From Candidatus Cloacimonadales bacterium (GTDB lineage: Bacteria; Cloacimonadota; Cloacimonadia; Cloacimonadales; JAIOQZ01), in contig CAXXTU010000002.1 of NCBI GenBank assembly GCA_963662655.2, positions 1,984,001-2,048,000 on the forward strand: a stretch of DNA of 64,000 nt. The letters are read 5' to 3'. The translations under genes were made by a program, and so were the position numbers. Under the pieces are notes generated by a model. The model did not search any database. It had not been told where the DNA came from and was given only the letters and a program-made list of their open reading frames with translations. Position 1 is the stretch's first letter. Every line of letters starts with the position of its first letter. This document shows positions 41,624 through 52,115 of the stretch, one piece after another.

Positions 41624-42145
41624 ATGAGTGAAGATGAGATGACTATGGATGAAGAGTTAATGGATGAAGATATCCAAAGGAATCGCTATCTTACTTTCCA
41701 CATGGGGAAGGAAGATTACGGAATCCCGATCTACAACGTCGTAGAGATCATTGGTGGAATGCAGCCTATTACGGAAATTCCCGAGCGCTCCGATTACGAG
41801 AAGGGAGTCATCAACCTTCGCGGCAGAATCGTACCAGTCATTGATGTGCGCTTGCGCTTCAGCTTACCGCCAAAAGATTACACGGACCGGACATGCATCA
41901 TCGTAACGAGTATCGATGACATTACGACCGGTCTGATCGTCGATGAGGTATCCGAAGTAATGGATATTCCTGAAGAATCGATCGATCCCCCGCCAGATAG
42001 CGTCAAGGACGCCAAAAGCCAGTTTATCAAAGGCATGGGAATCGTCGGCAAGAAAGTTAAAATCATTTTGGATGTCGAGAAAATCGTAAGCTCAGCTCGT
42101 ATAGCAAGATCGAGAGGGATTATAGCCGAGACATCCGAAACCTAA
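41624..42145 (+). CDS. cheW: Chemotaxis coupling protein CheW
   Basis: YLTF, GVINLRGRIVPVID, GLIVDEVSEV. Confidence 0.95.
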   Translation: MSEDEMTMDEELMDEDIQRNRYLTFHMGKEDYGIPIYNVVEIIGGMQPITEIPERSDYEKGVINLRGRIVPVIDVRLRFSLPPKDYTDRTCIIVTSIDDITTGLIVDEVSEVMDIPEESIDPPPDSVKDAKSQFIKGMGIVGKKVKIILDVEKIVSSARIARSRGIIAETSET

Positions 42146-42172
42146 CATCTCATTTGACACTCAGGAGGAACT

Positions 42173-42652
42173 ATGTTGAAGAAAGTCATCATACTGTTAA
42201 GCGTTTCGCTGATGATTGCCGGATTATCAGCTCTGACACTTGACGAGAAGCGAGAGACTGCAAGGAAACTCGTGGAAAAAGGCGCTACATATCTCAAGGA
42301 ACATGGAAGAGAAAAGGCATTTGAGGCATTCAAGGACAAAGAGGGCGAATTCATTTTCGACGAATTCTACATCTTTGTCGAAGACTACGACGGACACATG
42401 GTCATGCATCCGATTTCACCCAAGATGGACGGACAGAAAATCCTGGATATCCAAGACCCGAACGGTATCTATTTATTCCGGGAATTTATAAAAGTTACGA
42501 TAAAGGAACCTTTTCACGGGTGGGTCAACTACATGTGGCTGCATCCGGTCAAAGGGAGTGTGGAGCCAAAGGAAACTTATGTTATGCAAGTAAAGGGAAC
42601 CGACGAACAAGGAGACTATCAGCTCATTCTTGGAACCGGCTTCTACAAGTAA
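42173..42652 (+). CDS. Secreted stand-alone single Cache domain protein
   Basis: Signal peptide, YIFV...MHP, D.NG...FREF, GWVNYMW, K..YV, GTGFY. Confidence 0.85.
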   Translation: MLKKVIILLSVSLMIAGLSALTLDEKRETARKLVEKGATYLKEHGREKAFEAFKDKEGEFIFDEFYIFVEDYDGHMVMHPISPKMDGQKILDIQDPNGIYLFREFIKVTIKEPFHGWVNYMWLHPVKGSVEPKETYVMQVKGTDEQGDYQLILGTGFYK

Positions 42653-42680
42653 TTAGGCAATAACGGAAAAGGGGTTCAAA

Positions 42681-45404
42681 ATGAAACTCATATACAAGAT
42701 ATTCATCTTCGTAGTCCTGGCGTTGCTAGCTCTGATCATTGTCCTGTTTATAACAGGCCTTAACCAGATCAACAAAATCACTTACGATCTCAACCATGAA
42801 GTGATGTCATCGGAGCTCAGCGAACTGCTACAGAAGATAGAAACAAGCTACAAGGTACTTGAGGACACAGGGCTTACCGAAATGACGGGGTATGTTCAAT
42901 CAGCTCAGAACGAAGTATTGGACGTGTTCAGGAAGTATACGTTCCGTGAAACCGGATATGTCTTTATTACTGATAAGGATAAGAGGGCCGTTTTTCATCC
43001 CACAATAAAACCCGGCGAGAATATGAACTTCCCATTTATCAGCGACATGCTCCAGCAGAAAGACGGTTTCATGCGCTATACATACAATGGTGAGACGAAG
43101 TATGCCCGATTCGCTTCTTTTGAGCCCTGGAACTGGCTGATTGTCATTGGAATTTCGCAAGAGGAATTGTTCGCTCAAAGAAACGATTTCGTCAAGCTCG
43201 TGCTGATCATCTCGCTCGTAATGCTTATCATCAGCTTGGTTGCCTTCTACTTCGCGATTGATAGAATTGTGCTGAAACCGATACGCTCCGTTATCAATAT
43301 AACGACCAATATCAGTCAGGACATCTCCATGGGTAACCTGAACACACGCGGTTCCCCGATGGACGTAGCGATTGATTTCCGCGGTATCATCGATCAGATG
43401 AACAACCTGATCGACTCCTTCGTGAAGCCGATCAATTTCATGGTGGCGTACATTGACGATATCGCCAAGGGAGCGATCCCGGAAAGAATTACGGAAGAAT
43501 ACCATGGCGATTTCAACAAAGTGAAAGAGAACCTCAACGGCGCGATCGATGTTATGAACGGACTGATCAGCGATACGGCCGAATTGAACCACGCCTGCCT
43601 GAACGGTCGTTTCACGAAGAGAAGCGACACATCGAGGTATCAGAATAGCTGGAAGGACCTCGTCCAGGGGCTCAATTCGATCGTGAATACTTTCGAAAAC
43701 ATCATGGATTCAATCCCATTTCCGATTGCCGTGCTGGACATGGAGAAGCGTACGAGTTTCATCAATGACGAAATGGAGAAACTCAGCCGAATCAAACGTG
43801 AAACGGTTATCGGTGTTCGCAATGACCAGATCGACAGCCCTCTGGCAAAGATTGCCCTTGGTTTCTACGAGTCCATCGGTAGAAATGAAAAACGCAAGTA
43901 CCTCGACTATGAGAAATACAAACTTCAGGTCGACGCAGATTTCATCAGGGATGAGAAAGGCAAGAACGTTGCCTTGATCCAAATCCTCCAGGATATAACC
44001 GAAGCGGAACGAATTAAAAACGAGATCGAAGAAAAGGCGGCCTATACCCAGGTTGAGATCAATCGTCTCGCGAGCAACCTGCAAAACATCGCGGAAGGTA
44101 ATCTCAGCATCGACAAGAACATCGCAAAAGCCGACGAGAACACAAGAGACGTCTATGAGAACTTCTCGACCATCGCGAAGAACCTCGAAGGTATGATGGG
44201 AACGATCAACGAGCTGGTTGACGGTGTCGGCGATTACGCCCAGGCGATCAAGGACGGTGAGATCGATCGCGTCAATTTCGACATCAGAAAGTACATGGGC
44301 TCCTACCGCGAGATATTCGTTGGCTTGAACGACGCGGCCAAGGCCAATCTCGAGCCCATCAACGAAATCCTCGAAGTGATGCAGCGCATGGCAAACGGCG
44401 ATCTTACCGGCTCCATCGACGGCGAATACGAAGGAAGCTTCAAAGCGCTGAAGGAAGCGGTGAACCGCTCATTGAACTCCATCAACGATATCCTTTCACA
44501 GGTGAACGTGGCTGTGGAGCAGGTAGCATCCGGCTCCAGGCAGGTCTCCGACGCCAGCACTTCTCTATCGCAGGGCGCAACGGAGCAGGCTTCCTCACTG
44601 GAAGAGATCACAGCTTCGCTGCATGAGGTAGCTTCTCAGACTCGCTTGAACGCGGACAACGCAAACCAGGCGAACAACCTGTCCATCGATTCGCAGAAAT
44701 CGGCAAAAGCGGGTAACGAGCAGATGCAGAACCTGATGAACGCCATGAACGCGATCAACGAATCGAGTAACAACATCAAGAAGATCATCAAGACGATCGA
44801 CGAGATCGCCTTCCAGACGAACATCCTCTCCCTGAATGCCGCCGTTGAAGCTGCCCGTGCGGGCAAGCATGGCAAGGGCTTTGCCGTGGTGGCGGAAGAG
44901 GTTCGAAATCTGGCTGCGCGAAGTGCGGAAGCAGCCCAGGAGACCTCCGAGATGATCGAGGACTCGATCAAGAAGATCGACAACGGTACGCAGATCGCGA
45001 ACCAGACAGCGCAATCGCTGGATGAAATTGTGACCGGCGCTACCAAGACCACCGACATCGTCGGCGAGATCGCGGCGGCGTCCAATGAACAGGCGAAGGC
45101 TGTCGAGCAGGTCAATATTGGCCTCAGGCAGGTTGAACAGGTGACGCAGCAGAACACCTCGACCGCTGAAGAAAGCGCTTCCGCATCGGAAGAGCTGAGC
45201 GGACAGTCCGAACAACTCCGTCAGATGATCAGTCAGTTCACGTTGAAGGACGACATGCACTCTTACGGCGGTAAGTCGAAAGCAAACGAGCGTCGCCAGA
45301 AACAACCGAAGATGCTGCCTGAATCGAGGAAACAAAAGATCAAAGAATATACTCCCGACGACGTCATATCTCTGGACGATGACGACTTCGGCAAGTACTC
45401 TTGA
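42681..45404 (+). CDS. Methyl-accepting chemotaxis protein (periplasmic Cache, poly-HAMP, PAS-like insert)
   Basis: [37 protein letters not shown] hairpin tip; acidic tail DDDDFGKYS. Confidence 0.95.
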   Translation: MKLIYKIFIFVVLALLALIIVLFITGLNQINKITYDLNHEVMSSELSELLQKIETSYKVLEDTGLTEMTGYVQSAQNEVLDVFRKYTFRETGYVFITDKDKRAVFHPTIKPGENMNFPFISDMLQQKDGFMRYTYNGETKYARFASFEPWNWLIVIGISQEELFAQRNDFVKLVLIISLVMLIISLVAFYFAIDRIVLKPIRSVINITTNISQDISMGNLNTRGSPMDVAIDFRGIIDQMNNLIDSFVKPINFMVAYIDDIAKGAIPERITEEYHGDFNKVKENLNGAIDVMNGLISDTAELNHACLNGRFTKRSDTSRYQNSWKDLVQGLNSIVNTFENIMDSIPFPIAVLDMEKRTSFINDEMEKLSRIKRETVIGVRNDQIDSPLAKIALGFYESIGRNEKRKYLDYEKYKLQVDADFIRDEKGKNVALIQILQDITEAERIKNEIEEKAAYTQVEINRLASNLQNIAEGNLSIDKNIAKADENTRDVYENFSTIAKNLEGMMGTINELVDGVGDYAQAIKDGEIDRVNFDIRKYMGSYREIFVGLNDAAKANLEPINEILEVMQRMANGDLTGSIDGEYEGSFKALKEAVNRSLNSINDILSQVNVAVEQVASGSRQVSDASTSLSQGATEQASSLEEITASLHEVASQTRLNADNANQANNLSIDSQKSAKAGNEQMQNLMNAMNAINESSNNIKKIIKTIDEIAFQTNILSLNAAVEAARAGKHGKGFAVVAEEVRNLAARSAEAAQETSEMIEDSIKKIDNGTQIANQTAQSLDEIVTGATKTTDIVGEIAAASNEQAKAVEQVNIGLRQVEQVTQQNTSTAEESASASEELSGQSEQLRQMISQFTLKDDMHSYGGKSKANERRQKQPKMLPESRKQKIKEYTPDDVISLDDDDFGKYS

Positions 45405-45415
45405 TGACATACCTT

Positions 45416-45440
45416 GGGAAGCGGGGTTTTCCCGCTTCCC
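45416..45440. terminator. Intercistronic hairpin between MCP and cheR
   Basis: Perfect 10-bp stem GGGAAGCGGG-GTTTT-CCCGCTTCCC without a U tract on the + strand. Confidence 0.5.
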
Positions 45441-45466
45441 ATTAATAAAAGAATGGATGTTACCTT

Positions 45467-46300
45467 ATGGGTTTTTTAGTCGAAATCACCGATTCCGAAT
45501 TCGAGAAGATGCGAAAACTGATTTACGACCAGTTTGGCATTCGTCTTACCGAGCAGAAGCGGACACTGCTGGTATCACGCCTGCAGAAGGTTTTCCGCAC
45601 ACGTGGCATCAGTTCGTTTTCCGAGTACTACGATTACGTTGTCTCCGATGCTTCACGCCAGGCCCTGACAGAGCTCGTGAACTACATCTCGACGAACCAC
45701 ACGTTCTTCTATCGCGAACACGACCACTTCGATCACTTCCAGAAGCACTCCTTCCCGGAGCTCATCCGCAGGCTCAAGCAAGAGAATTCGAGAGACATCC
45801 GCATCTGGAGCGCCGGGTGTTCCAGTGGTGAAGAACCTTATATGCTGGTAATCCTCATGATGGAGGTTCTCGGATCCGATTACAAGAACTGGGACGCCGG
45901 AATTCTGGCCACGGACATCTCGATGAAGGTTCTCGAAATCGCGCGAAAGGGAATCTACGAGAAAGAACGCCTGGATTTGCTGCCGGACAACTACAAGAAG
46001 AAATACTTCAACAAGCTGGATGCGCAACGCTACGAAGTTAAACCTGAAGTAAAGCGCGAAGTAACGTTCGGAAGATTCAACCTGATGAACGACACATATC
46101 CTTTCAGTAAAGAGTTTCACATGACGTTTTGCAGGAATGTGATGATCTATTTCGACGAGCCCACAAAGGAAAGGGTGGTCAATCGCTTCTGCGATACCCT
46201 CGAGGTGGGCGGATACTTCTATATCGGTCACTCGGAAACCATCCGCAGATTCGAAAGGTTCGAATACCTTCAGCCTGCACTGTACAGAAGGAAATACTGA
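45467..46300 (+). CDS. cheR: Chemotaxis methyltransferase CheR
   Basis: TNHTFFYRE, IWSAGCSSGEEPY, ATDIS, FCRNVMIYF, GHSE. Confidence 0.97.
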   Translation: MGFLVEITDSEFEKMRKLIYDQFGIRLTEQKRTLLVSRLQKVFRTRGISSFSEYYDYVVSDASRQALTELVNYISTNHTFFYREHDHFDHFQKHSFPELIRRLKQENSRDIRIWSAGCSSGEEPYMLVILMMEVLGSDYKNWDAGILATDISMKVLEIARKGIYEKERLDLLPDNYKKKYFNKLDAQRYEVKPEVKREVTFGRFNLMNDTYPFSKEFHMTFCRNVMIYFDEPTKERVVNRFCDTLEVGGYFYIGHSETIRRFERFEYLQPALYRRKY

Positions 46301-46302
46301 TC

Positions 46303-47355
46303 ATGTCAAAAATATACAAGCTCCTTATCATCGACGACTCCGCACTCGTACGCAACATCCTGGCCAAGGGACTCGCCCAAGATCCGGAAATTGAAGTTGT
46401 CGCTACCGCGAAAGATCCCTACGACGCAAGAGACAAGATTCTTCAGTATCATCCCGATGTTCTGACGCTGGATGTAGAAATGCCGCGCATGGACGGCGTT
46501 GAATTCCTGCGTCGACTCCTGCCGCAATACCCGATCCCCGTGGTCATGGTTAGCGCGCTGACCGAAAAGGGCAAGACCATCACGCTGGACGCGCTGGACG
46601 CCGGGGCGATCGATTTTGTCACCAAGCCGTCCTATGGCGTAGCCAGCGGCCTGAACGACATGCTGAACGAGCTGGCGATCAAGGTCAAGATGGCGGCCAA
46701 GATCGACGTTTCCCACATGAAGAAGATCGCTCATCACAAGACGACGCCGATCAACCCGACCGCGCTGGCGGTATCCACGGACAAGGTAATCGCGATCGGC
46801 GCATCGACAGGTGGAACGGAAGCGATCCGTGCCGTTATCACAAGATTCCCGCGGAACATGAGCGGCGTGGTTATCGTGCAGCACATGCCGGCAGGCTTCA
46901 CGAAGATGTTCTCCAAGCGAATGGACGAAATTTGCCAGATGGAAGTCAAGGAAGCGCAGAGCGGAGACCGCGTGATGAACGGCCGCGTCCTGATCGCGCC
47001 GGGCGGTTACCACATGGAGCTGGTTCGTTCGGGCGGTATCTACAAGGTGGTATGCCGCGAGAGCGGTGAGAACGTGTGCGGCCACAAACCCTCGGTGGAA
47101 GTGTTGTTCAGGTCGGTGGCTAAGCACGCAGGCGCAAACGCGGTGGGCGTGATGCTTACGGGCATGGGACACGATGGAGCCGATGGAATGGTTGAGATGA
47201 GAAACGCCGGCGCACGGACAATGGCCCAGGACGAAGAAACTTCCGTGGTGTTCGGAATGCCGAAGGAGGCATACGTTCGCGGAGGCGCGGAAAAACTGGT
47301 GCCGCTGGACGATATTCCGCGGGAGATTATCAAGCAACTGACTTCAATGAAATAA
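46303..47355 (+). CDS. cheB: Chemotaxis methylesterase/response regulator CheB
   Basis: IDDS...LDVEMP, GASTGG, VQHMP, LTGMGHDG. Confidence 0.97.
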   Translation: MSKIYKLLIIDDSALVRNILAKGLAQDPEIEVVATAKDPYDARDKILQYHPDVLTLDVEMPRMDGVEFLRRLLPQYPIPVVMVSALTEKGKTITLDALDAGAIDFVTKPSYGVASGLNDMLNELAIKVKMAAKIDVSHMKKIAHHKTTPINPTALAVSTDKVIAIGASTGGTEAIRAVITRFPRNMSGVVIVQHMPAGFTKMFSKRMDEICQMEVKEAQSGDRVMNGRVLIAPGGYHMELVRSGGIYKVVCRESGENVCGHKPSVEVLFRSVAKHAGANAVGVMLTGMGHDGADGMVEMRNAGARTMAQDEETSVVFGMPKEAYVRGGAEKLVPLDDIPREIIKQLTSMK

Positions 47356-47375
47356 TAACCAACAAAGGACTGGCA

Positions 47376-48617
47376 ATGAGGGGATTATCTGCCGACAACG
47401 TTGAAGGTTCGCATGTATTGATCGTGGACGACGAAGCGCATAACACAATGCTTCTCCAGACGATCCTCGCAAAAGAGAACTATCGCTGCTCGATCGCTCA
47501 AAACGCCGAAGAGGCCTTCATTCTCATAAGCCAGGAGCTCCCCGACATCATCCTTCTGGACATCATGATGCCGGATATCGACGGTTACGAGGTGTGCCGG
47601 AGGCTCAAGAAGGATCCAGAAACGCACCATATACCCATCATTTTTGTCTCGGTGAACAACACGACGGAGCAAATCATCAAGGGATTCGAGATCGGGGCGG
47701 TGGATTACATCACCAAGCCGTTCCACCCTCGTGAAGTCGTCGTCAGGGTGAAGAACCATCTGCTGCTCAAACACTCTCGCGATATCATCAATCAGTACAA
47801 TGCCCGGCTGGAGCAGATGCTCCAGAAGCGAACGGAAGACCTGATCCGTACAGAGCGGCAAGCCGCTTTCGGGCAGATGATCCAGGGCATCGTCCACAAC
47901 CTGAGGTCACCCCTGTCGGTGATGTCGATGGGCGTGGAATATCTGGAGATGTTGAGCGAGAAAATCTACAAGGTTCTCAAGGAGACCCCCTACAATATCC
48001 AGCCCGTCTTCAAGGAGTTGAACGAAGCGCACGAAACCATCGCGGGATTGGGGTCGTCGCTGAGCAAGCTGAACATGATCGTCAGCCAGCTCATGTCGAA
48101 GAGCAGGAGCGACCAGGCGGACAAGGTCGAGCTCATCGATCTGAACACCATTCTCAAGCGCGAGATGGAGTTCTTCAAGGCGGACAAATTCTTTATCAAA
48201 GCCATTCAGTCAATCGAATTCAGCAATCACTCGCTGTGGATCAAGGTTATCCCCGCCGAAATTGCCCAGATCATCGGCAATCTGATTCGTAACGCGCTCG
48301 ACGCACTGCATGACACGCAGCATCCGACACTGATCATCGAATCGGGATGGAGCACGGATAAAGTGTGGCTCACGGTGCGTGACAATGGCCCGGGGATCCC
48401 CGAGAATCACATCGAGCTCATCTTCGATCCGTTCTTCACGACTAAGCCCTCGGTGGCTGATCAGAAAGAGGATGAACCGGTGGGTACAGGATTGGGATTG
48501 TATTACTGCAAAAAGGCCATCGAATCCTACGATGGCACGATAACCGTTGAATCTTCACCGGAAAAGGGTACTACATTCAAGATCGAATTGCCCTATCATA
48601 AAACTGAGTACAACTAA
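47376..48617 (+). CDS. REC-histidine kinase hybrid
   Basis: VDDE...LDIMMP...TKP, GIVHNLRSP, NLIRNA, GTGLGL. Confidence 0.92.
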   Translation: MRGLSADNVEGSHVLIVDDEAHNTMLLQTILAKENYRCSIAQNAEEAFILISQELPDIILLDIMMPDIDGYEVCRRLKKDPETHHIPIIFVSVNNTTEQIIKGFEIGAVDYITKPFHPREVVVRVKNHLLLKHSRDIINQYNARLEQMLQKRTEDLIRTERQAAFGQMIQGIVHNLRSPLSVMSMGVEYLEMLSEKIYKVLKETPYNIQPVFKELNEAHETIAGLGSSLSKLNMIVSQLMSKSRSDQADKVELIDLNTILKREMEFFKADKFFIKAIQSIEFSNHSLWIKVIPAEIAQIIGNLIRNALDALHDTQHPTLIIESGWSTDKVWLTVRDNGPGIPENHIELIFDPFFTTKPSVADQKEDEPVGTGLGLYYCKKAIESYDGTITVESSPEKGTTFKIELPYHKTEYN

Positions 48618-49720
48618 GCTCTCTCACACCTCGCATCGACAATCATCTTCAGGCGATCAATCTCGAGCCTGAGGTTCTTTGCCTCATTCTCGTGCCGCTC
48701 CTGCATCAGGTTCAAGTCTTTCGCGTGGCGATCCACGTACATGGAGTGCGTCAACTTGCAATGAACTCTCATGGAGCTGAGTGCAGTAATTAACTTGCCT
48801 CTTCCTTCATGGATCGATGCCATCAGGAAGAAGCCGTTCGTGTATTCTTCGCGGATTTTATACTTCCAGGCAAGGACAATTGCCGTACGGGCATCCTCAA
48901 AGGCATGCTCGTATTCATGCATGTCGAGATAGTTCTGAGCGCTGGAGAGATATACATTGGGCAAGAGGAAATTCATTTGCAGTTTTTCGGTGATCTGCTT
49001 CGCTTTGGTGAAGTACTCCTGCGCCTGCTCCAAATTATGCATTGAGTGATTCCATAATCCCAGATTGTACAGGACGTTAACGTAAAGGCGGGGATTGTTC
49101 GAGTGCTCTTCGAACATTTTGAGCGCCGTCGAGAAAAATTTATACGCCAGATCACGATTATCCAGCTTGTCAAGCTGAACAAGCAAATCACGAATCAGGG
49201 GATTGACGATTTTGCCTTCGGCCATAGCGTCCTTCAGCATTTTCACGGCCTCGAGCTTCTGGTAGTCGAAGCGATCCGTCTTAGTCTCCCAATAAACGCC
49301 ACCGATGTTCGAGAGGTTCACGGCAATCTGTTCGTTCTTCTGAAACAAGGCTGTGTAGTAGAGGGACTTCAGATAGCAATCGAGGCACTCTTCCAGGCGA
49401 TTCAACCGGAAATACACCATCCCCATATTGTTGAAAACGGAAGGCGACTGCTTCTCGTTCTCGCGATCCAGAAAAGCCATAGCCTGGAAGCCATAATGAA
49501 GGGCCTTCTCATTGTCTCCCACAAAATAATGAGTAACCATCAGCACGTTAAAAGAGTCACATATCAGCTTTCCGGAGCCAATATCCTCCGCATTGCGAAG
49601 CGCACGCAAACCGTAATCCTTGCTTGTTTCAAAGTCTTGTTCCCAGTTCGCACGGGCAATCTCGAGCAACTGCCCAATTTCTTTCTCTTTGTTACTCACG
49701 GTTCGTGATATTTTCGTCAT
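48614..49720 (-). CDS. Tetratricopeptide repeat protein
   Basis: Repeats FNNMGMVY, LSNIGGVY, LYNLGL. Confidence 0.8.
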   Translation of the reverse strand: MTKISRTVSNKEKEIGQLLEIARANWEQDFETSKDYGLRALRNAEDIGSGKLICDSFNVLMVTHYFVGDNEKALHYGFQAMAFLDRENEKQSPSVFNNMGMVYFRLNRLEECLDCYLKSLYYTALFQKNEQIAVNLSNIGGVYWETKTDRFDYQKLEAVKMLKDAMAEGKIVNPLIRDLLVQLDKLDNRDLAYKFFSTALKMFEEHSNNPRLYVNVLYNLGLWNHSMHNLEQAQEYFTKAKQITEKLQMNFLLPNVYLSSAQNYLDMHEYEHAFEDARTAIVLAWKYKIREEYTNGFFLMASIHEGRGKLITALSSMRVHCKLTHSMYVDRHAKDLNLMQERHENEAKNLRLEIDRLKMIVDARCERA

Positions 49721-49735
49721 AGTTCCCTCATCTTA

Positions 49736-49763
49736 AGAATATGCATTTCTTTCCATGTGTCAA
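49736..49763 (-). promoter_or_regulatory. Sigma-70-type promoter of the TPR gene
   Basis: TTGACA-16 nt-TATTCT just upstream of GAGGG RBS and ATG 49720. Confidence 0.55.
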
Positions 49764-49862
49764 TATTTTTAAGGCCCCCAAGCTCGATTTATGAACGAGG
49801 AAATCTATAACTATATAGGCTCCAAATGAATAATCTCCAGAAAACTTTCTTTTCACCCTGTC

Positions 49863-51062
49863 CTATGAATAAAACGGCTCCACGACTCGATCCAGCACGC
49901 CATGCAGTTTCGAGATCGCAACACCGTAGTTGGTGACATCCACATGCCGTCTCGTGCATTCTCGCAGCCTTCGCATCATCTCCATGCGGTTCATCATGCA
50001 GCCGCCGCAGTGGATAACCAAAGCGTACTTTTCCAGGTCTTCCGGGAAGTCGTGACCGGCTACCACCTCGATATCGAGGTCTTTTCCGGTGTACTGCCGA
50101 AGCCAACGCGGGATTTTCACCCGGCCAATGTCGTCCGACTGCACGTGGTGCGAACACGCCTCCGCGATGAGCACCTTGTCGCCATCCTTCAGGTCGTCGA
50201 TCTTCTTCGCGCCGTCAACGAACACATCCAGGTCGCCCTTGTAGCGCGCAAAGACGGTGGAGAAAGTCGTCAGCGGGATATCGGGAGTCACGTCGCCAGA
50301 CGCCTTGAGGATCACCTGCGAATCGGTGACCACAAGGTCGGGCTCCCGCTTGAGCTTGCGGAGCGCATCCTCCAGCTCGCGTTCCTTGACGATCACGCCG
50401 ATGGCGTCGTTGTCGAGGATTTCGCGCAAGACCTGCACCTGCGGAAGGATCAAGCGCCCTTTTGGCGCTGCGAGGTCGATGGGCGTGACAAGGACAACCA
50501 GGTCCCCGGCACGGATGAGGTCGCCGATGAGCACCTTCTCGTCCAGGTATTCGCCCGGAACGATGGTGGCCATCATCTCTTTGAGCTCGGTCACACCGTC
50601 ATCGTTGACGCTCGAGACGCCCTTCCAGGGGATTCCGCGCGTCTCGCAGAACTCGATGTCCTGCGCTTTTACGTCGCTCAGATCGATCTTGTTGAACGCC
50701 ACCACGAACGGGATTTTCAATTCCTGTATCTCGTCAACGATCGTTTTCACACTTTCGTCGATTCCATCCTGATCCACGACCACGATGGCGATATCGCTGC
50801 GGAAGAGGATGCGACGGGTCGATTTGACGCGCTTTTCGCCCAGCTCGCCCACGTCGTCGATGCCGGCGGTGTCGTAGATGGTCACCGGCCCAATGGGGAG
50901 CAGCTCGTAGGGCTTGGCGACAGGATCGGTGGTGGTTCCGGCGGTTTCCGAAACGATGGCGATATCCTGTCCGGTGAGGGCGTTGATCAGCGAGGATTTA
51001 CCCGCGTTGCGCTTGCCCACGATGGCGATGATGAGTCGTTCTCCGCGCGGCGCTTTAGCCAT
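49863..51062 (-). CDS. hydF: [FeFe]-hydrogenase maturation GTPase HydF
   Basis: GKRNAGKS, GTTTDPV, DTAG, NKID, APKGRLILPQ, EACSHH and HCGGC cluster ligands; real start MAKAPRGER at 51062. Confidence 0.96.
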   Translation of the reverse strand: MAKAPRGERLIIAIVGKRNAGKSSLINALTGQDIAIVSETAGTTTDPVAKPYELLPIGPVTIYDTAGIDDVGELGEKRVKSTRRILFRSDIAIVVVDQDGIDESVKTIVDEIQELKIPFVVAFNKIDLSDVKAQDIEFCETRGIPWKGVSSVNDDGVTELKEMMATIVPGEYLDEKVLIGDLIRAGDLVVLVTPIDLAAPKGRLILPQVQVLREILDNDAIGVIVKERELEDALRKLKREPDLVVTDSQVILKASGDVTPDIPLTTFSTVFARYKGDLDVFVDGAKKIDDLKDGDKVLIAEACSHHVQSDDIGRVKIPRWLRQYTGKDLDIEVVAGHDFPEDLEKYALVIHCGGCMMNRMEMMRRLRECTRRHVDVTNYGVAISKLHGVLDRVVEPFYS

Positions 51063-52110
51063 TGTTCCTCCTCTTGAAGTGCGGTGAATCGCCCCATTCG
51101 CCGTAGCGGATCGATTCTCCCACCGACTGGATGCGCCCTTCGAGGCACGAGCGGCACATGCTGGCGTTTTCGTCCACGCAGGGCTTGTCCTCGTAGAGCA
51201 GGTATTGCTTGCGGTATCTGGTGTCGGTGATGACTGGCATGATAATGTTTGCACCAGCGCGTAGTCCGTATTCACGTCCCTTGGGATCGAGCGCTTGCAG
51301 CGCTGTTGTGGAGGCGATATTCACGTCTTTCAGGAAGATGCGGGTGAGCGCGACCATGCGCAGCGCCAGGTCGAGCTGACGCTCCTTGTTGAAGTCAGGC
51401 ATCTTCTCAGCCAGTGGGGTGTCGTGGTGAACAACGTACGGCCCCATACCGATCATGTCGATGTCCTTCTCCTTGAAGAAGAGGATGTCGTCGGCGAGGT
51501 CTTCGGCGGTCTGACCGGGCAGTCCGATCATGACCCCGGTTCCCACCTGATAGCCGATCTTTCTGAGATCCGCCAGGCTTTGCAGCCGCAGGTCGTGCTT
51601 GTGATCCGCCGGATGCAGGGTTTTATACAACTCTTCGTTAGAGGTCTCGATGCGCAGAAGATAACGATGTGCGCCGGCATCGAACCAGCGCCGGAAAGTC
51701 TCTTCCGTCTGCTCGCCGAGCGAAAGCGTGATGCCGAGGTTCCACTGCTCTTTGACCTTTTTCAGGATTCTTTCGACGAATGCGACGAACTGCTCGTCGC
51801 TACGCTCGCCGCTCTGTAGCACCAGGCTGCCGTAGTTGGCCTCGAAGGTCCATTTCGCCATATCGAGGATTTCCTCCTCGCTCATCATGTAGCGCTCGAC
51901 CTTGCCGTTGCTCTTGCGGATGCCGCAGTAGAAACAGTCCTTGGTGCAGATGTTGCTAAACTCGATGATGCCGCGGAAATAGACCACGTTTCCCACGTTC
52001 TCGAGCTTGATCCGGTAGGCTTCCTGAAACATCCGTTCGAGGAGCTTTTCGTCCCCGGTGGTCAGCAATTCCACCAAGTTGTCGCGGGTCAGGTTGTTGA
52101 AATCTATCAT
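51055..52110 (-). CDS. hydE: [FeFe]-hydrogenase maturation radical SAM HydE
   Basis: RGIIEFSNICTKDCFYCG, LQSGE, YLLRIET, GMGPY, GANIIMP, YLLYEDKPC. Confidence 0.95.
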   Translation of the reverse strand: MIDFNNLTRDNLVELLTTGDEKLLERMFQEAYRIKLENVGNVVYFRGIIEFSNICTKDCFYCGIRKSNGKVERYMMSEEEILDMAKWTFEANYGSLVLQSGERSDEQFVAFVERILKKVKEQWNLGITLSLGEQTEETFRRWFDAGAHRYLLRIETSNEELYKTLHPADHKHDLRLQSLADLRKIGYQVGTGVMIGLPGQTAEDLADDILFFKEKDIDMIGMGPYVVHHDTPLAEKMPDFNKERQLDLALRMVALTRIFLKDVNIASTTALQALDPKGREYGLRAGANIIMPVITDTRYRKQYLLYEDKPCVDENASMCRSCLEGRIQSVGESIRYGEWGDSPHFKRRNNG

Positions 52111-52115
52111 AATTG

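Noticed and set aside
51063..51275. N-terminal extensions in the ORF track (hydF, aspA, cheB, cheA, GT4, sulfotransferase)
   Set aside because: They overlap upstream genes; downstream starts with an RBS or stop-start overlap fit the family N-termini
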